A stretch of DNA of 64,000 nt from an uncultured Actinomycetes bacterium (GTDB lineage: Bacteria > Actinomycetota > UBA4738 > HRBIN12), in NCBI GenBank assembly GCA_963704725.1, contig OY969934.1, positions 3,008,001-3,072,000 on the forward strand, in the 5' to 3' direction. A program made the translations under genes and the position numbers. The notes below the pieces were generated by a model. That model was given only the letters and a program-made list of their open reading frames with translations, was not told the DNA's origin and searched no databases. Within the stretch, counting starts at the first letter, position 1; each line of letters starts with the position of its first letter. Positions 22,914-33,955 of the stretch are shown here, piece after piece.

Positions 22914-24247
22914 CCCAGGACCTCGGTCAGCCCGGACTCGGCCTCGGCGCGCGGCTCGACGCCCGGCCCCTCCCCGGTGAAGGGACAGCGGCGCTCCACG
23001 ATGTGCCGCTCGTACTCCTCCCGGAAGTGCTTCAGGCTCGACTGGATCGGGCTCACTGCGCCGTCGGCCAGGGCGCAGAACGCTCGGAACAGCATGTTCC
23101 GGCCCAGGTCGTCGAGCAGCGGGAGGTCCTCGGGGCGTCCGTAGCCGGTCTCGATGCGATCGAGCACGCGCCGGGCCCACCACGTCCCCTCGCGGCAGGG
23201 CGTGCACTTGCCGCAGGATTCGTGCGCGTAGAACGCCACGAGCCGCCGCGTCGCCTCGACGATGCAGTCGGTCTCGTCCAGGACGATGATGGCGCCGGTG
23301 CCGAGCAGCGAACCGGCCGCGGCCACCGACTCGAAGTCGAGCCCCACGTCGAGATGCTCGTCGGTCAGCATGGGCGTGGACGAGCCGCCGGGCGTCCACG
23401 CCTTCAGGCGGCGGCCGCCGAGCACCCCGCCCGCGTGATCCTCGAGCAGCGTCCGCAGCGGCGTGCCCATCGGGACCTCGTAGTTGCCGGGGCGCTCGAC
23501 CTTGCCCGAGACGCTGAAGACCTTCGTCCCCGGCGACTTCTCCGGACCGATCTTCGCGAACCACTCGGGCCCGTTGCGGAGCACGTGCGGCACGTTGCAC
23601 AGCGTCTCCACGTTGTTGATCAGCGTGGGGCAGGCGAACAGGCCTTCGACGGCGGGGAAGGGTGGCCGCAGACGCGGTTGCCCCCGGTCGCCCTCGAGCG
23701 AGGACAGCAGCGCCGTCTCCTCGCCGCAGATGTAGGCGCCGGCGCCCCGATGCAGCACGACGTTCAGCTCCCACCCGCTGCCGAGCACCGAGTCCCCGAA
23801 GACCCCTTCCCCGTACGCCTCCCGGAGCGCGCGCTGGAGCACCCGGCCGGGGTGCAGGAACTCACCGCGGCAGTAGATGTAGGCCTCGTGACTGCCCACC
23901 GCGTAGGCGGCGATGGCCAGGCCCTCGAGGAACTGGTGCGGCTCCCGCTCCACGAGCTCCCGGTTGTTGTACGTGCCCGGCTCCGACTCGTCGAAGTTGG
24001 AGACCACGTAGGTGGGCTTGCCGGTGTTCTGCGGCACGAAGGACCACTTCACGCCGGTCGGGAACCCCGCGCCCCCGCGCCCCCGGAGACCCGACGCCTT
24101 CACGGTGTCGATCACCTCGGCCGAGGTCATCCCCAGGGCGGACCTGAGCCCGTCGTAGCCGCCCTGGGCCTGGTACCCGCCGATCGGGATCACGTCCGGG
24201 TCCCCCCAGTTCCTCGTGACGATCTTGGTCACGGCGTCGGCGGTCAC
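22910..24247 (-). CDS. nuoF: NADH-quinone oxidoreductase subunit F
   Basis: GRGGAGFPTGVKW, GAGAYICGEETAL, HESCGKCTPCREG. Confidence 0.96.
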   Translation of the reverse strand: MTADAVTKIVTRNWGDPDVIPIGGYQAQGGYDGLRSALGMTSAEVIDTVKASGLRGRGGAGFPTGVKWSFVPQNTGKPTYVVSNFDESEPGTYNNRELVEREPHQFLEGLAIAAYAVGSHEAYIYCRGEFLHPGRVLQRALREAYGEGVFGDSVLGSGWELNVVLHRGAGAYICGEETALLSSLEGDRGQPRLRPPFPAVEGLFACPTLINNVETLCNVPHVLRNGPEWFAKIGPEKSPGTKVFSVSGKVERPGNYEVPMGTPLRTLLEDHAGGVLGGRRLKAWTPGGSSTPMLTDEHLDVGLDFESVAAAGSLLGTGAIIVLDETDCIVEATRRLVAFYAHESCGKCTPCREGTWWARRVLDRIETGYGRPEDLPLLDDLGRNMLFRAFCALADGAVSPIQSSLKHFREEYERHIVERRCPFTGEGPGVEPRAEAESGLTEVLG

Positions 24248-24810
24248 GCGTCCTCCAAACCCGCCAGGATCCGCGACGCGTGCTTGAAGTCGGCGGGTGC
24301 CTCGCCCTGCGCGGGAGGCGGGACCTCGCCGGCCCGCAGCCGCACGATCAGCTCGCGCATGCGCTCCGGCGTCACGCGGTCGTGGTTCGCGAAGTCGATC
24401 TGGACCACCGGCGCGGCGTCGCACGCCCCGAGGCACTCCTCCTCGTGCACCGAGAACACGCCGTCGTCCGAGAGCTCGCCGCCGTGCGGGATCCCCGTCG
24501 CCCGATGCGCGGCCTCGTAGACGTCCTTCGCACCGCGCAGCGCGCAGGACAGGTTGGTACAGACGCTGACCAGATGCGTCCCCGTCGGACGGAGCCGGAG
24601 CATCGTGTAGAAGCTCGCGACGGCCTCGACCTCCGCGGTCGTGATGCCCAGCCACCCGGCGACGACCCGCAGCCCGTCGGGGGTCACGAAGCCCTCCTCC
24701 GACTGGACGAGGTACAGGAGCGGCAGGATCGCGGAGCGCTCGCGTCCGGCCGGGTACCGACCCTTGATCTCCTCCGCCCGCTCGCGGAGCTCGTCGGAGC
24801 GCATCGCCAT
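24244..24810 (-). CDS. nuoE: NADH-quinone oxidoreductase subunit E
   Basis: VASFYTM, CTNLSC, ECLGACDAAP. Confidence 0.94.
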   Translation of the reverse strand: MAMRSDELRERAEEIKGRYPAGRERSAILPLLYLVQSEEGFVTPDGLRVVAGWLGITTAEVEAVASFYTMLRLRPTGTHLVSVCTNLSCALRGAKDVYEAAHRATGIPHGGELSDDGVFSVHEEECLGACDAAPVVQIDFANHDRVTPERMRELIVRLRAGEVPPPAQGEAPADFKHASRILAGLEDA

Positions 24811-26114
24811 CAGCGATCCACCCCGCCCATCACGGGGTCCATGCTCGCCACGACCGCGATCGCGTCGGCCACCAGGCCCCCCTCGACCATGTGCGGCAAC
24901 GCCTGGAGGTTCGCGAAGGACGGGTCGCGGATCCGAACGCGGTACGGACGGTGCCCCCCGTCCGCCACCACGTAGAAGCCGAGCTCGCCCCGGGGCGACT
25001 CGACCGGCAGATAGGTCTCGCCGGCGGGGACGGAGATCCCCTCGGTCACCATCTTGAAGTGATGGATCAGGGCCTCCATCGACTCCTCCATGATGTGGCG
25101 GACGTAGGCGGTCGAGTTGCCGATCCCGTCGGGGCCCACCTCGAGCTGCGCCGGCCACCGGACCTTGGGGTCCTCGACCATCACCGGACCCGGCTCGCGC
25201 AACCGGTCCATGCACTGCTCGACGATCCGCAACGACTGCTTCATCTCCTCGATCCGCACCTCGTACCGCGCGTAGCAGTCCGCTCCCTCGCGCACCGGCA
25301 CGTCGAACTCGTAGCTCTCGTAGCCGCAGTAAGGCTCCTGCCGCCGGACGTCGCGGGCGACGCCGGCTGCGCGCAGCGCGGGCCCGGTCACGCCGTAGCG
25401 CAGGGCATCCTCCGCGGCGAGCAGGCCGACGTCCGCGTTGCGCTCGATCCAGATCGGGTTCTTCGACAGGAGGGACTCGTACTCGCGGATGCGGCCGGGC
25501 ATCACGTCGAGCCAGTCGGCGATGCGATCCGTGCCTTCCGGCGGCAGGTCCATCACGACCCCGCCGATCCGGACGTACGAGTGGTTCATGCGCAGGCCGG
25601 TGGCGGCCTCGAAGACGTCGAGGATCATCTCGCGCTCGCGGAACCCGTAGAGCATCATGCTCACCGCGCCGAGCTCCATCCCCGACGTCGCGAGCCACAC
25701 CAGGTGCGAGGCGATCCGGTTCATCTCCATGAACAGGACTCGAAGCACCTGGGCCCTGGGTGGCGCCTCCACGCCCAGCAACCGCTCGGCGGCGAGGCAG
25801 TACGCCGCCTCGTTGAAGAACGGGGAGAGGTAGTCGGCGCGCGTGACGTAGGCGACGCCCTGCTGCCACGTCCGGTACTCGGTGTTCTTCTCGATGCCCG
25901 TGTGCAGGTACCCGACGATCGGCCGGCACGCGACGACGGTCTCGCCGTCGAGCTCGAGCAGGAGCCGGAGCACGCCGTGCGTGGACGGGTGCTGCGGGCC
26001 CATGTTGATGACCATCGTCTCCTGACGGAGCTCCCGGGTGGATCGGGCATCCTCCGCCGAGACGCCGAAGACGTCCGCGTTGCCGGCGTCCGGCACGGGG
26101 GTCCGCTCGCTCAC
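24810..26114 (-). CDS. nuoD: NADH-quinone oxidoreductase subunit D
   Basis: [39 protein letters not shown]. Confidence 0.96.
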   Translation of the reverse strand: MSERTPVPDAGNADVFGVSAEDARSTRELRQETMVINMGPQHPSTHGVLRLLLELDGETVVACRPIVGYLHTGIEKNTEYRTWQQGVAYVTRADYLSPFFNEAAYCLAAERLLGVEAPPRAQVLRVLFMEMNRIASHLVWLATSGMELGAVSMMLYGFREREMILDVFEAATGLRMNHSYVRIGGVVMDLPPEGTDRIADWLDVMPGRIREYESLLSKNPIWIERNADVGLLAAEDALRYGVTGPALRAAGVARDVRRQEPYCGYESYEFDVPVREGADCYARYEVRIEEMKQSLRIVEQCMDRLREPGPVMVEDPKVRWPAQLEVGPDGIGNSTAYVRHIMEESMEALIHHFKMVTEGISVPAGETYLPVESPRGELGFYVVADGGHRPYRVRIRDPSFANLQALPHMVEGGLVADAIAVVASMDPVMGGVDR

Positions 26115-26604
26115 GGCGTCCTCCGGTCGATCGGCGGGATGAACGCGCCCCGGTACGCGGTGTTCACGCCCCCGAGCTCTTCGTCCTTGCGGAGCGGCCA
26201 CCCCTCCCAGCCATCGGGGAGCAGGATCCGGCGGAGGTCCGGGTGGCCGGTGAAGTCGATCCCGTAGAAGTCGTACGTCTCGCGCTCGTGCCAGTCGGCG
26301 GTCGGGAACATCCCGGTGACCGAGGGGACCCTGGCGTCGTCCTCGGGCAGGCCCACCTTGACGCGAAGCCGGTGGAGGTGCGCCGAGGAGAAGAGCTCGT
26401 AGGCGAGCCAGAAGCGCGGATCCCGTCCCGGCCAGTCGGTGGCGGTCACGCTCGACAGGAAGTCGAAGGACAGGTCCGGGTCGTCGCGGAGCCGGCCGAG
26501 CGCGGCGACCAGCTCGGTCCGCTCGAGCACCAGCGTGACCTCGTCGCGGACGACGACCACCTCGGGGTGGCGGACCCGGAGCGAGGCGGCGAGATCCGGT
26601 GCCC

Positions 26605-26608
<4 letters not shown>
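26111..26608 (-). CDS. nuoC: NADH-quinone oxidoreductase subunit C
   Basis: [30 protein letters not shown]. Confidence 0.93.
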
Positions 26609-27112
<504 letters not shown>

Positions 27113-27123
<11 letters not shown>

Positions 27124-27550
27124 CGACGAGCTCCCGCTCCTCGGTCGGGCCCTCGACCGCGACGTTCTCGTGACGGCGGCGCTCGTCACGCTCCCAGTCC
27201 AGTCCGCCCGTCCGCCAGATGTAGACGTAGGCCACGAACACGAGCCCGATGAACACGGTCATCTCGACGAGCCCGAACAGCCCGAGGCGGCGGAAGCCGA
27301 CCGCCCACGGGAACAGGAAGATCGTCTCGATGTCGAAGATGATGAACAGCATCGCCACGACGTAGAACTTCACGCTGAACCGCTCGCCCTTCGGCAGGCG
27401 CTCGGGCTCGATGCCGCACTCGTAGGGCGCGAGCTTGGCCGGATTCGGCCGGTCGGGGCGAAGCAGCGAGGACACCCCGAGAGAGAGCACCGCGAACAGC
27501 ACGGCGAGCGCCGCCAGGATCAGGATCGGCAGGTACTGGGACAGCTCCAC
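27113..27550 (-). CDS. nuoA: NADH-quinone oxidoreductase subunit A
   Basis: [16 protein letters not shown]. Confidence 0.94.
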
Positions 27551-27569
27551 CTGGACCCCCTGGCCTCGG

Positions 27570-28823
27570 CTACGACACCCGGGCGAGCCGCTCGAGCCCG
27601 TACATGATCTTGTCCTGGACGTCGCCCTCGCGGCCGTCCGTGAGGTTCCCCATGACCCGGAGGGCGAATCGCATCAGCCACTCCTGCGGAAGCCCGTAGT
27701 CGGTGAGCGCGCGCATCACGACCGGGTGCCCGATGGCGCGCACGAAGTTGGTCCCGATGCGGAAGTACCGGGCGTACCGCTCGCGAAGGATCGACGGGTA
27801 CAGGTGCGCGATGCCCGGCCGGTCGCGAAGGAGCGCGTCGTGGATCAGCTCGGCCGCGAGCTCCCCCGACTCCATCGCGTACGCGATGCCCTCGCCGTTG
27901 AACGGGTTCACGATCCCGGCGGCGTCGCCGACGACGAGCATCCCGGGAACGGCCTGCGGCGCCCGGCACATCCCCATCGGCAACGGCCCCGAGAGCACGC
28001 GGCCCTCCGCCGTCTCCTCGTTGACGTTCCAGTCCTCCGGGAGCATGCGCGAGAACGCGTCGAACACCCGCTGGGCCGAGACGTCGCGGAAGTTCTTGAA
28101 CGTGTTCAGCAGCCCGGCGCCGAGGTTCACGGAGCCGTCGGCGAGCGCGAACAGCCACCCGTACCCGGGCATCAGGGCGTCGCCCTCCCACAGGTCCATC
28201 CAGACCTCGAGCCACGGGCCGGGGTGGCGGTCGATCCGGTAGTAGCGGCGGGCCGCGATCCCGAGCGGCTTCGACGGGTCCCGGCGGACGCCGGCCTGGC
28301 CGGCGAAGCGCGAGGCCGCGCCGTCGGCCGACACGACGAAGCGGGCCCGCACGTCCACCTCCTCGTCGTGCTCGAGGTCGCGCACGCGCGCCCCGGTGAC
28401 CCAGCCCTCGTCGACGGCCGGGGCCAGAGCCTCGGTCCGTTCCCGGAGCGCCGCGCCGGCCTTCTGCGCCCGCCGCGCCAGCAGCTCGTCGAAGCTCGAG
28501 CGCGTCATCGTCAGGCCGTACCCGGGGAAGTCGTCCAGGCTCGGCCACGGGAGCTCGAGGACGGTCTTGCGCGAGTAGATCCGGAGGCCCTCGTGCCGCT
28601 CGAACCGGGGGTCCTCCGTGTCGACGCCCATCCGCTCGAGCTGCACGATGGCCCGCGGCGTGAGCCCGTCCCCGCACACCTTCTCGCGGGGGAAGCTCGC
28701 CTTCTCGACGAGCGTGACGTCGATCCCGTGCCGCGCCAGGTGGTACGCCGTCGCCGACCCGCCGGGCCCGGCGCCGACGATCAGGACGTCGGTCTCGATG
28801 TGCGCGTTCGACCCACCCGGCAC
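27570..28823 (-). CDS. Geranylgeranyl reductase family protein (MenJ-like menaquinone reductase)
   Basis: VGAGPGG, FPREKVCGDGLTPRA, GYGWLF, GDAAG-NPFNGEGI; heads the nuo operon. Confidence 0.88.
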   Translation of the reverse strand: MPGGSNAHIETDVLIVGAGPGGSATAYHLARHGIDVTLVEKASFPREKVCGDGLTPRAIVQLERMGVDTEDPRFERHEGLRIYSRKTVLELPWPSLDDFPGYGLTMTRSSFDELLARRAQKAGAALRERTEALAPAVDEGWVTGARVRDLEHDEEVDVRARFVVSADGAASRFAGQAGVRRDPSKPLGIAARRYYRIDRHPGPWLEVWMDLWEGDALMPGYGWLFALADGSVNLGAGLLNTFKNFRDVSAQRVFDAFSRMLPEDWNVNEETAEGRVLSGPLPMGMCRAPQAVPGMLVVGDAAGIVNPFNGEGIAYAMESGELAAELIHDALLRDRPGIAHLYPSILRERYARYFRIGTNFVRAIGHPVVMRALTDYGLPQEWLMRFALRVMGNLTDGREGDVQDKIMYGLERLARVS

Positions 28824-28840
28824 CGGCTATTCCCCCACGC

Positions 28841-28890
28841 TTGTGAATTGCTTCACAAGGATGCTAACCGCCTTGTGAAGTTCGTCACAA
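28841..28890. promoter_or_regulatory. Two Rex operators flanking the -10 box of the menJ-like/nuoA-N promoter
   Basis: TTGTGAATTGCTTCACAA (28841-28858, perfect) and TTGTGAAGTTCGTCACAA (28873-28890, 1 mismatch); minus-strand TAGCAT at 28861-28866. Confidence 0.88.
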
Positions 28891-28934
28891 ACCCTATGCC
28901 CGGGCCGTCGAACGGCACAACCGGGGCCGCGTCG

Positions 28935-29375
28935 CTAGCCGCGCGCGTGGTCCCAGGCCGCGATGCGGTCGGGAACGACCCGGAGGAAGCCCAGACCCCG
29001 AACCTCCTCGGCGAACCTGGGGAACCCGTCTCCTGCCAGGAGGGGACGGTACTTCTCGTGCCACGCGGAGATCGGCTTACGCAGCTCCGCGTGCTCGGCC
29101 GGCAGCAGCTCGGCCCGGCCCCGCAGCTCGATGCCGGCGATCTCCACCCAGGCCCGCCCGAGGTCGATCGTGAGCGCGACCCGGGGGTCCGTCGACGCGT
29201 TCGCCCAGGTGCGGCCCTCGCGCCGCGTCGAGACGTAGATCGCGTCCTCGGGCCACACGAACCACAGCGGCACGACGTGCGGGGCTCCGTCGGGGTCGAG
29301 CGTCGCCACGGTCACGACCGGGAGCCCGGCGAACATCCGGCGCGCGGCGGCGACGTCCACGTCCCGGACCTGCAT
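28935..29375 (-). CDS. Pyridoxamine 5'-phosphate oxidase-like (split barrel, FMN/F420-binding) protein
   Basis: VATLDPDGAPHVVPLWF, DPRVALTID, LRGRAE; ATG overlaps upstream stop. Confidence 0.85.
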   Translation of the reverse strand: MQVRDVDVAAARRMFAGLPVVTVATLDPDGAPHVVPLWFVWPEDAIYVSTRREGRTWANASTDPRVALTIDLGRAWVEIAGIELRGRAELLPAEHAELRKPISAWHEKYRPLLAGDGFPRFAEEVRGLGFLRVVPDRIAAWDHARG

Positions 29376-30265
29376 CAGCCCACCCCGGGGCCGAGCCGCA
29401 GCAGCCCGGCGATCTCGACGAGCGCGGCGCCGGCCTCGGCGTGGAGCGGGGCTCTCTCGAGGGCGGCGACCGCCCGGCCGACCAGCTCGCCGATCCGCCC
29501 GACCCCGTCGGCCCCGGCCTCGCCGTCGAGGGCGTCGTCGCGGAGCTGGAAGGCCTCCCCCACGAAGCGCGCGTACACCGCGAGCGGACCCTCCACCGCC
29601 GGCGGGGCCTCCGCGAGCGCCGTCCCGACCAGCACCGGTCCCTCGGCCGTGTACGAGCTCGTCTTCAGCGCGGCCACGCGCGGCGTCGCCCGCCCGGCGG
29701 GCCCGGACGCGACGTCCAGGAACTGACCCGCCGCCATCTCCGTGCGCATCCGATCGAACCGCTCCAGTGCCAGCGCGAGGGGCCCGGGAGCCGCCCCGCA
29801 GGTCCGCAGGAGCTGCTCGGACAGGACGGCGGCGAGGTCGCCGACCAGGATCGCGACGGACGAGCCGTAGGTGGCGGGGTCGACGCCCATCGGGGCCTCC
29901 GCCGCGAACCGGGCCGGCGTGGAGGCGATTCCCCGCCTGCGGTCCGACCCGTCCATGACGTCGTCGTGGACCAGGGCGAAGGTGTGCAGGAGCTCGAGCG
30001 CCGCCGCCGCCCGGACGATCGAGGGCCCGTCCGTCCCACCGGCGGCCCGGTGCGCCCACCAACACAGGGCGGGTCGGATCCGCTTCCCGCCCGCGGCCAG
30101 GAGCCGAAGGAGCTCGTCCACGAGCACCGCCGCCGCCGGATCCATCCCCGCCAGCTCCGCCCGGCGGTCGGCGAGGAAGGCCGACAGGACCGGCTCGACG
30201 CGGTCCCGAACCACGTCGAGCCGAGCCATCGAGATCCGCGGCTCGTCGACGGCGCCTGCCACCAC
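29375..30265 (-). CDS. Short-chain polyprenyl (GGPP/FPP) synthase
   Basis: GGKRIRP, HDDVMDGSDRRRG, GQFLD, LKTSSYT, FQLRDD; alternative start 30229. Confidence 0.88.
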   Translation of the reverse strand: MVAGAVDEPRISMARLDVVRDRVEPVLSAFLADRRAELAGMDPAAAVLVDELLRLLAAGGKRIRPALCWWAHRAAGGTDGPSIVRAAAALELLHTFALVHDDVMDGSDRRRGIASTPARFAAEAPMGVDPATYGSSVAILVGDLAAVLSEQLLRTCGAAPGPLALALERFDRMRTEMAAGQFLDVASGPAGRATPRVAALKTSSYTAEGPVLVGTALAEAPPAVEGPLAVYARFVGEAFQLRDDALDGEAGADGVGRIGELVGRAVAALERAPLHAEAGAALVEIAGLLRLGPGVG

Positions 30266-30354
30266 CCGTGGAGTATCCCAAGGCGACGGCGTTCCCCAAC
30301 CCGTGCGGCCGGCGACGACTGCTATCGTTCATCCCCGCACACCAACGGGACCCG

Positions 30355-32184
30355 ATGACCCGCTTCCAGAAGCTCGCGATCGCGACGACGACGGCGACCG
30401 TCCTTCTCGTCGCGGTGGGGGGACTCGTCCGGGCCACGGGCTCGGGCCTGGGCTGCCCCGGATGGCCCACCTGCTTCGGCCGGCTGATCCCACCCCTCCG
30501 CTACCACGCGATCATCGAGTACAGCCATCGGCTGCTCGCGACGATCACGGTGGTGCTCGTCTGCATCCAGGCGCTCCTCGCCTGGCGCCGGCACCGCCGC
30601 GAGCCGCGCATCCTGCGTCCGGCGCTCGCCGCCGTGGCGCTCGTGGTGTTCCAGGCGGCGCTCGGCGGCGTCGTCGTGGAGGGCGGGCTCGAGGCGACGG
30701 TGGTGGCCCTGCACTTCGCGACCGCGATGACCCTGCTCGGCGTGCTGGTGTACCTCACGACGACCGCGTTCGGCGCGGCGGGGGAACCGGCGGTGCGCCG
30801 CGCGACGGACGGCTCCGGCCCGTCGTTCGCGCGCCTGTCCCTCGGCACGGCCGCGGCGGCCGGGGTCCTGCTGGTCGTCGGCGCCTACGTCCGGGCCGAG
30901 GGCGCGGGGCTCGCGTTCCGGGACTGGCCGCTCATGGACGGCCGCCTCGTGCCCACCCTCGGCGGCAGCGCCACCCTGATGTTCCTCCACCGCGTCCTGG
31001 CCGCCGCGGTGACCGTTCTGGTGGTCTGGCTGGCCATCCGCGCCAGGACGATGGCGGAGCGGTCGAGGGTCCTGGTGGTCCTGTCGACGACGGCCCTCGC
31101 GCTGTTCGTGGCCCAGGTCCTCGTCGGGGCCGCGAACGTGTGGTCGAGTCTCTCGGCCGCCGCGGTGACGGCGCACGTGGCGGTCTCGGCGCTCGTCTGG
31201 GCCGTGCTCGTCGCGATCGCCACCGTCAGCCGGCGGTTCGCCGTCCCCGGCCGTCAGAATCCGGCCGATGGCGACGTCCGGAGCAACGGCAAGCGCGGGT
31301 CGCTGCGACAGACCACCGGCGCGTACTTCCAGCTCACGAAGCCCCGCGTGATCGAGCTCCTGCTCGTGACCACCGTACCGGCCATGGTGCTGGCGGCCCG
31401 GGCGATGCCGTCGGCGTGGTTGATCCTGGCGACGCTGCTCGGCGGTGCGCTCGCCGCGGGATCGGCCAACGCGATCAACTGCTATCTCGACCGCGACATC
31501 GACGAGGTCATGCGCCGGACCCGGCGGCGCCCCATCCCCACCCACGCCGTCGACCCCGACCGCGCGCTCGCCTTCGGCTACGTCCTCGGCGCCATCTCCT
31601 TCTTCTTCCTGGCGATCGCGGTGAACGTGATGGCGGCGAGCCTCGCGCTTTCGGCGATCGCCTTCTACGTCTTCGTGTACACGATGTGGCTGAAGCGCAC
31701 CAGCGAGCAGAACATCGTGATCGGCGGGGCCGCCGGCGCCGTCCCCGTGCTCGTGGGGTGGGCCGCGGTCACCGGGACCGTCGGCCTGCCGGCGTGGATC
31801 CTGTTCGCGATCGTCTTCGTGTGGACCCCGCCGCACTTCTGGGCCCTGGCGATGCGGTACCGGGGCGACTACGCGGCTGCAGGGATCCCCATGCTGCCCG
31901 TCGTCCGGGGTCCGGCGGAGACCCGGCGCCGGATCCTGCGGTACTCGCTGGTGCTGTTCGCGACCTCGCTCGCGCTGCTGCCGCTCGGCCACCTCGGGCC
32001 CCTGTACGGAGCCACCGCGGTCGTGCTGGGCGGATGGTTCGTGTGGCGGGCGCTCCGGCTGTGGCGGAGCGCCTCACCGGCCGAGCCGATCCGGCTGTTC
32101 CGGTACTCGATCGTGTACCTCTCGCTGCTGTTCGCCGCGGTGGCCGTGGACGCCCTGCTCCCCGCGGGCCGGCTGCTCGCCTAG
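30355..32184 (+). CDS. ctaB: Heme A synthase (CtaA/COX15) - heme O synthase (CtaB) fusion
   Basis: N-half GSGLGCPGWPTC, IEYSHR; C-half LTKPRVIEL, DRDIDEVMRRTRRRP, WTPPHFWAL. Confidence 0.9.
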   Translation: MTRFQKLAIATTTATVLLVAVGGLVRATGSGLGCPGWPTCFGRLIPPLRYHAIIEYSHRLLATITVVLVCIQALLAWRRHRREPRILRPALAAVALVVFQAALGGVVVEGGLEATVVALHFATAMTLLGVLVYLTTTAFGAAGEPAVRRATDGSGPSFARLSLGTAAAAGVLLVVGAYVRAEGAGLAFRDWPLMDGRLVPTLGGSATLMFLHRVLAAAVTVLVVWLAIRARTMAERSRVLVVLSTTALALFVAQVLVGAANVWSSLSAAAVTAHVAVSALVWAVLVAIATVSRRFAVPGRQNPADGDVRSNGKRGSLRQTTGAYFQLTKPRVIELLLVTTVPAMVLAARAMPSAWLILATLLGGALAAGSANAINCYLDRDIDEVMRRTRRRPIPTHAVDPDRALAFGYVLGAISFFFLAIAVNVMAASLALSAIAFYVFVYTMWLKRTSEQNIVIGGAAGAVPVLVGWAAVTGTVGLPAWILFAIVFVWTPPHFWALAMRYRGDYAAAGIPMLPVVRGPAETRRRILRYSLVLFATSLALLPLGHLGPLYGATAVVLGGWFVWRALRLWRSASPAEPIRLFRYSIVYLSLLFAAVAVDALLPAGRLLA

Positions 32185-33125
32185 CCCGAGGCGCCCGACG
32201 GGCCCGAGCCGCCCGATCCGCCGCCGACCACGACCGCGCCGTTCATCGTGGGATGGACGTCGCACTGGAAGTAGTACTGGCCCGCCGGCAGGGGTGGGAT
32301 CGCGTACCGCGCCGTGTCCGGCCCCGTGACGAGGTCGCCCTGGAACAGCCGCTCCCCGAGGTTCGAGTCCGAGTAGATCGAGATGTTGTGCTGCGTGGCG
32401 GGGTCGCGGTTGTCGAACGTGATCGTGGTGGGCGCGTCCGCCGGCAGCTCGATGCGGTCGGTGTCGAACGCGATGTTCTGCGCGGTGACCGTGATGCCAC
32501 CGCCGCCTCCTCCGCCCCCGGCGGTCGCCTCGATCTGGCCGGTCATGTTGGGGTGGACGACGCATCGGAAGTAATAGGTGCCGGCATCGAGCGCGCCGAC
32601 GGCGTAGTCGGCCTTCGCCGGCCCCGTGATGAGCTCGCCGTCGAACAGCGGGGTGCCCGAGAAGTCCGGGTTGTCGAAGATCTGGACGTTGTGCTGCGTG
32701 GCGGGGTCGCGGTTGTCGAACGCGATCGTGAACGGCTGCCCGGCGGGAACGGACAGGCTCGTCTGCTGGAACGCGATGTTCTGCGCGACGAGCGGGATCC
32801 CGGCCCCCGGCCCCGGGCCGCCCCCGGGATGCTCCTCGCCGCCGGCGAGCACGGCGAGCGCGATGCCACCGGCGAGCATGGCGATCCCGGCCGTCGCGCC
32901 GGCCATCGCCGCGATCGTCGAGCCCCGCACCTGCGGGCGGGCGGCGGCGAGCGACGCCACCAGGACGATGCCGCCCGCCACGACGGTCGCCACGGTCGTC
33001 GCGCCGGTGCCGCGCACGCCGAGGAGGACGCGCGAGAAACCCCACAGCGCGAGCGCGACCACGGCCAGGATCCCGATCGGCAACAGGATCGGCAGCACGA
33101 GCCGGTCTCGGGTGGTTGGCCTCAT
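32181..33125 (-). CDS. Membrane-anchored protein with two tandem cupredoxin (type-1 Cu) domains
   Basis: 3 hydrophobic N-terminal segments; HNVQIF..YYFRCVVHPNM and HNISIY..YYFQCDVHPTM. Confidence 0.85.
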   Translation of the reverse strand: MRPTTRDRLVLPILLPIGILAVVALALWGFSRVLLGVRGTGATTVATVVAGGIVLVASLAAARPQVRGSTIAAMAGATAGIAMLAGGIALAVLAGGEEHPGGGPGPGAGIPLVAQNIAFQQTSLSVPAGQPFTIAFDNRDPATQHNVQIFDNPDFSGTPLFDGELITGPAKADYAVGALDAGTYYFRCVVHPNMTGQIEATAGGGGGGGGITVTAQNIAFDTDRIELPADAPTTITFDNRDPATQHNISIYSDSNLGERLFQGDLVTGPDTARYAIPPLPAGQYYFQCDVHPTMNGAVVVGGGSGGSGPSGASG

Positions 33126-33950
33126 CGCACCACTCTGGTGCGGACGTCGCGTTCGACCTGTCCGAGCGCGAGCGCGTCCCACCCCGTCTGCTCTCGCGCG
33201 TGCCAGTTGAAGAAGATCACGGTGATGAACCCCCACAGGACGAGCCCGCCGACGATCTTCATGATCGAGCCCCGCGATCAGCTGGTCGTCCAGCGCGGAC
33301 AGCCCCCACGTCCGGGGGAACGTCCCGTAGACCGGGTACAGGAGCGTGTGTCCGAACGTGAGGAACGAGGCGGGGATCGTCGGCGCGAGCGACTGCAGGA
33401 ACAGGTACAGCATCTGTCCCGGCGGGGCGAGCGCCGGGCGCTCGGGGAGCGGGGACAGCACCGGCCACCACATCACGATGGCCGAGCCGAAGATGAGGAC
33501 GTGGAGCCCGAAGTGGACCCACTCCGACCCGACCGAGGCGTCGACGACCTCGGGCCAGTGCGTGAACAGCAGCAGGCCGTTGAACACGACGAGCGCCACG
33601 ACCGGCCGCGTGAGGAAGCCGAAGACGGCGCCGACCGGCTTGGGACGGAGCAGGCCGCGCCACATCCACGACGGCATCCCGGCCAGCACGAGGGGGGCGC
33701 CGGCCAACGTGAAGAGCATGTGCTGCACCATGTGGACCGAGTACAGGGAGCGCTCGGCCAGGTCGTGGATGGGCCAGTCGGCCCCGACCCACAGGACCGC
33801 CAGGCCGCACGAGAACAGCGCCGTCCGCCGCCGGCGCTCGTCCCGCTCGACCGGCGCGGTCGGGACGTGGTGGCGGACCTCGCTCAGGTACAGGAGCCAG
33901 ATCCCGCCGAGGAGCAGCCACACGGACGGATGGGGGTGCCAGGGGGGCAT
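33122..33950 (-). pseudogene. ctaG: Cytochrome c oxidase assembly factor CtaG (caa3 type), 1-nt frameshift near 33266
   Basis: HMVQHMLF, THWP, WWPV, DDQLIAGL; removing one base restores IMKIVGG..W and a TGA at 33122 overlapping the next ATG. Confidence 0.8.
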
Positions 33951-33955
33951 GCCCG

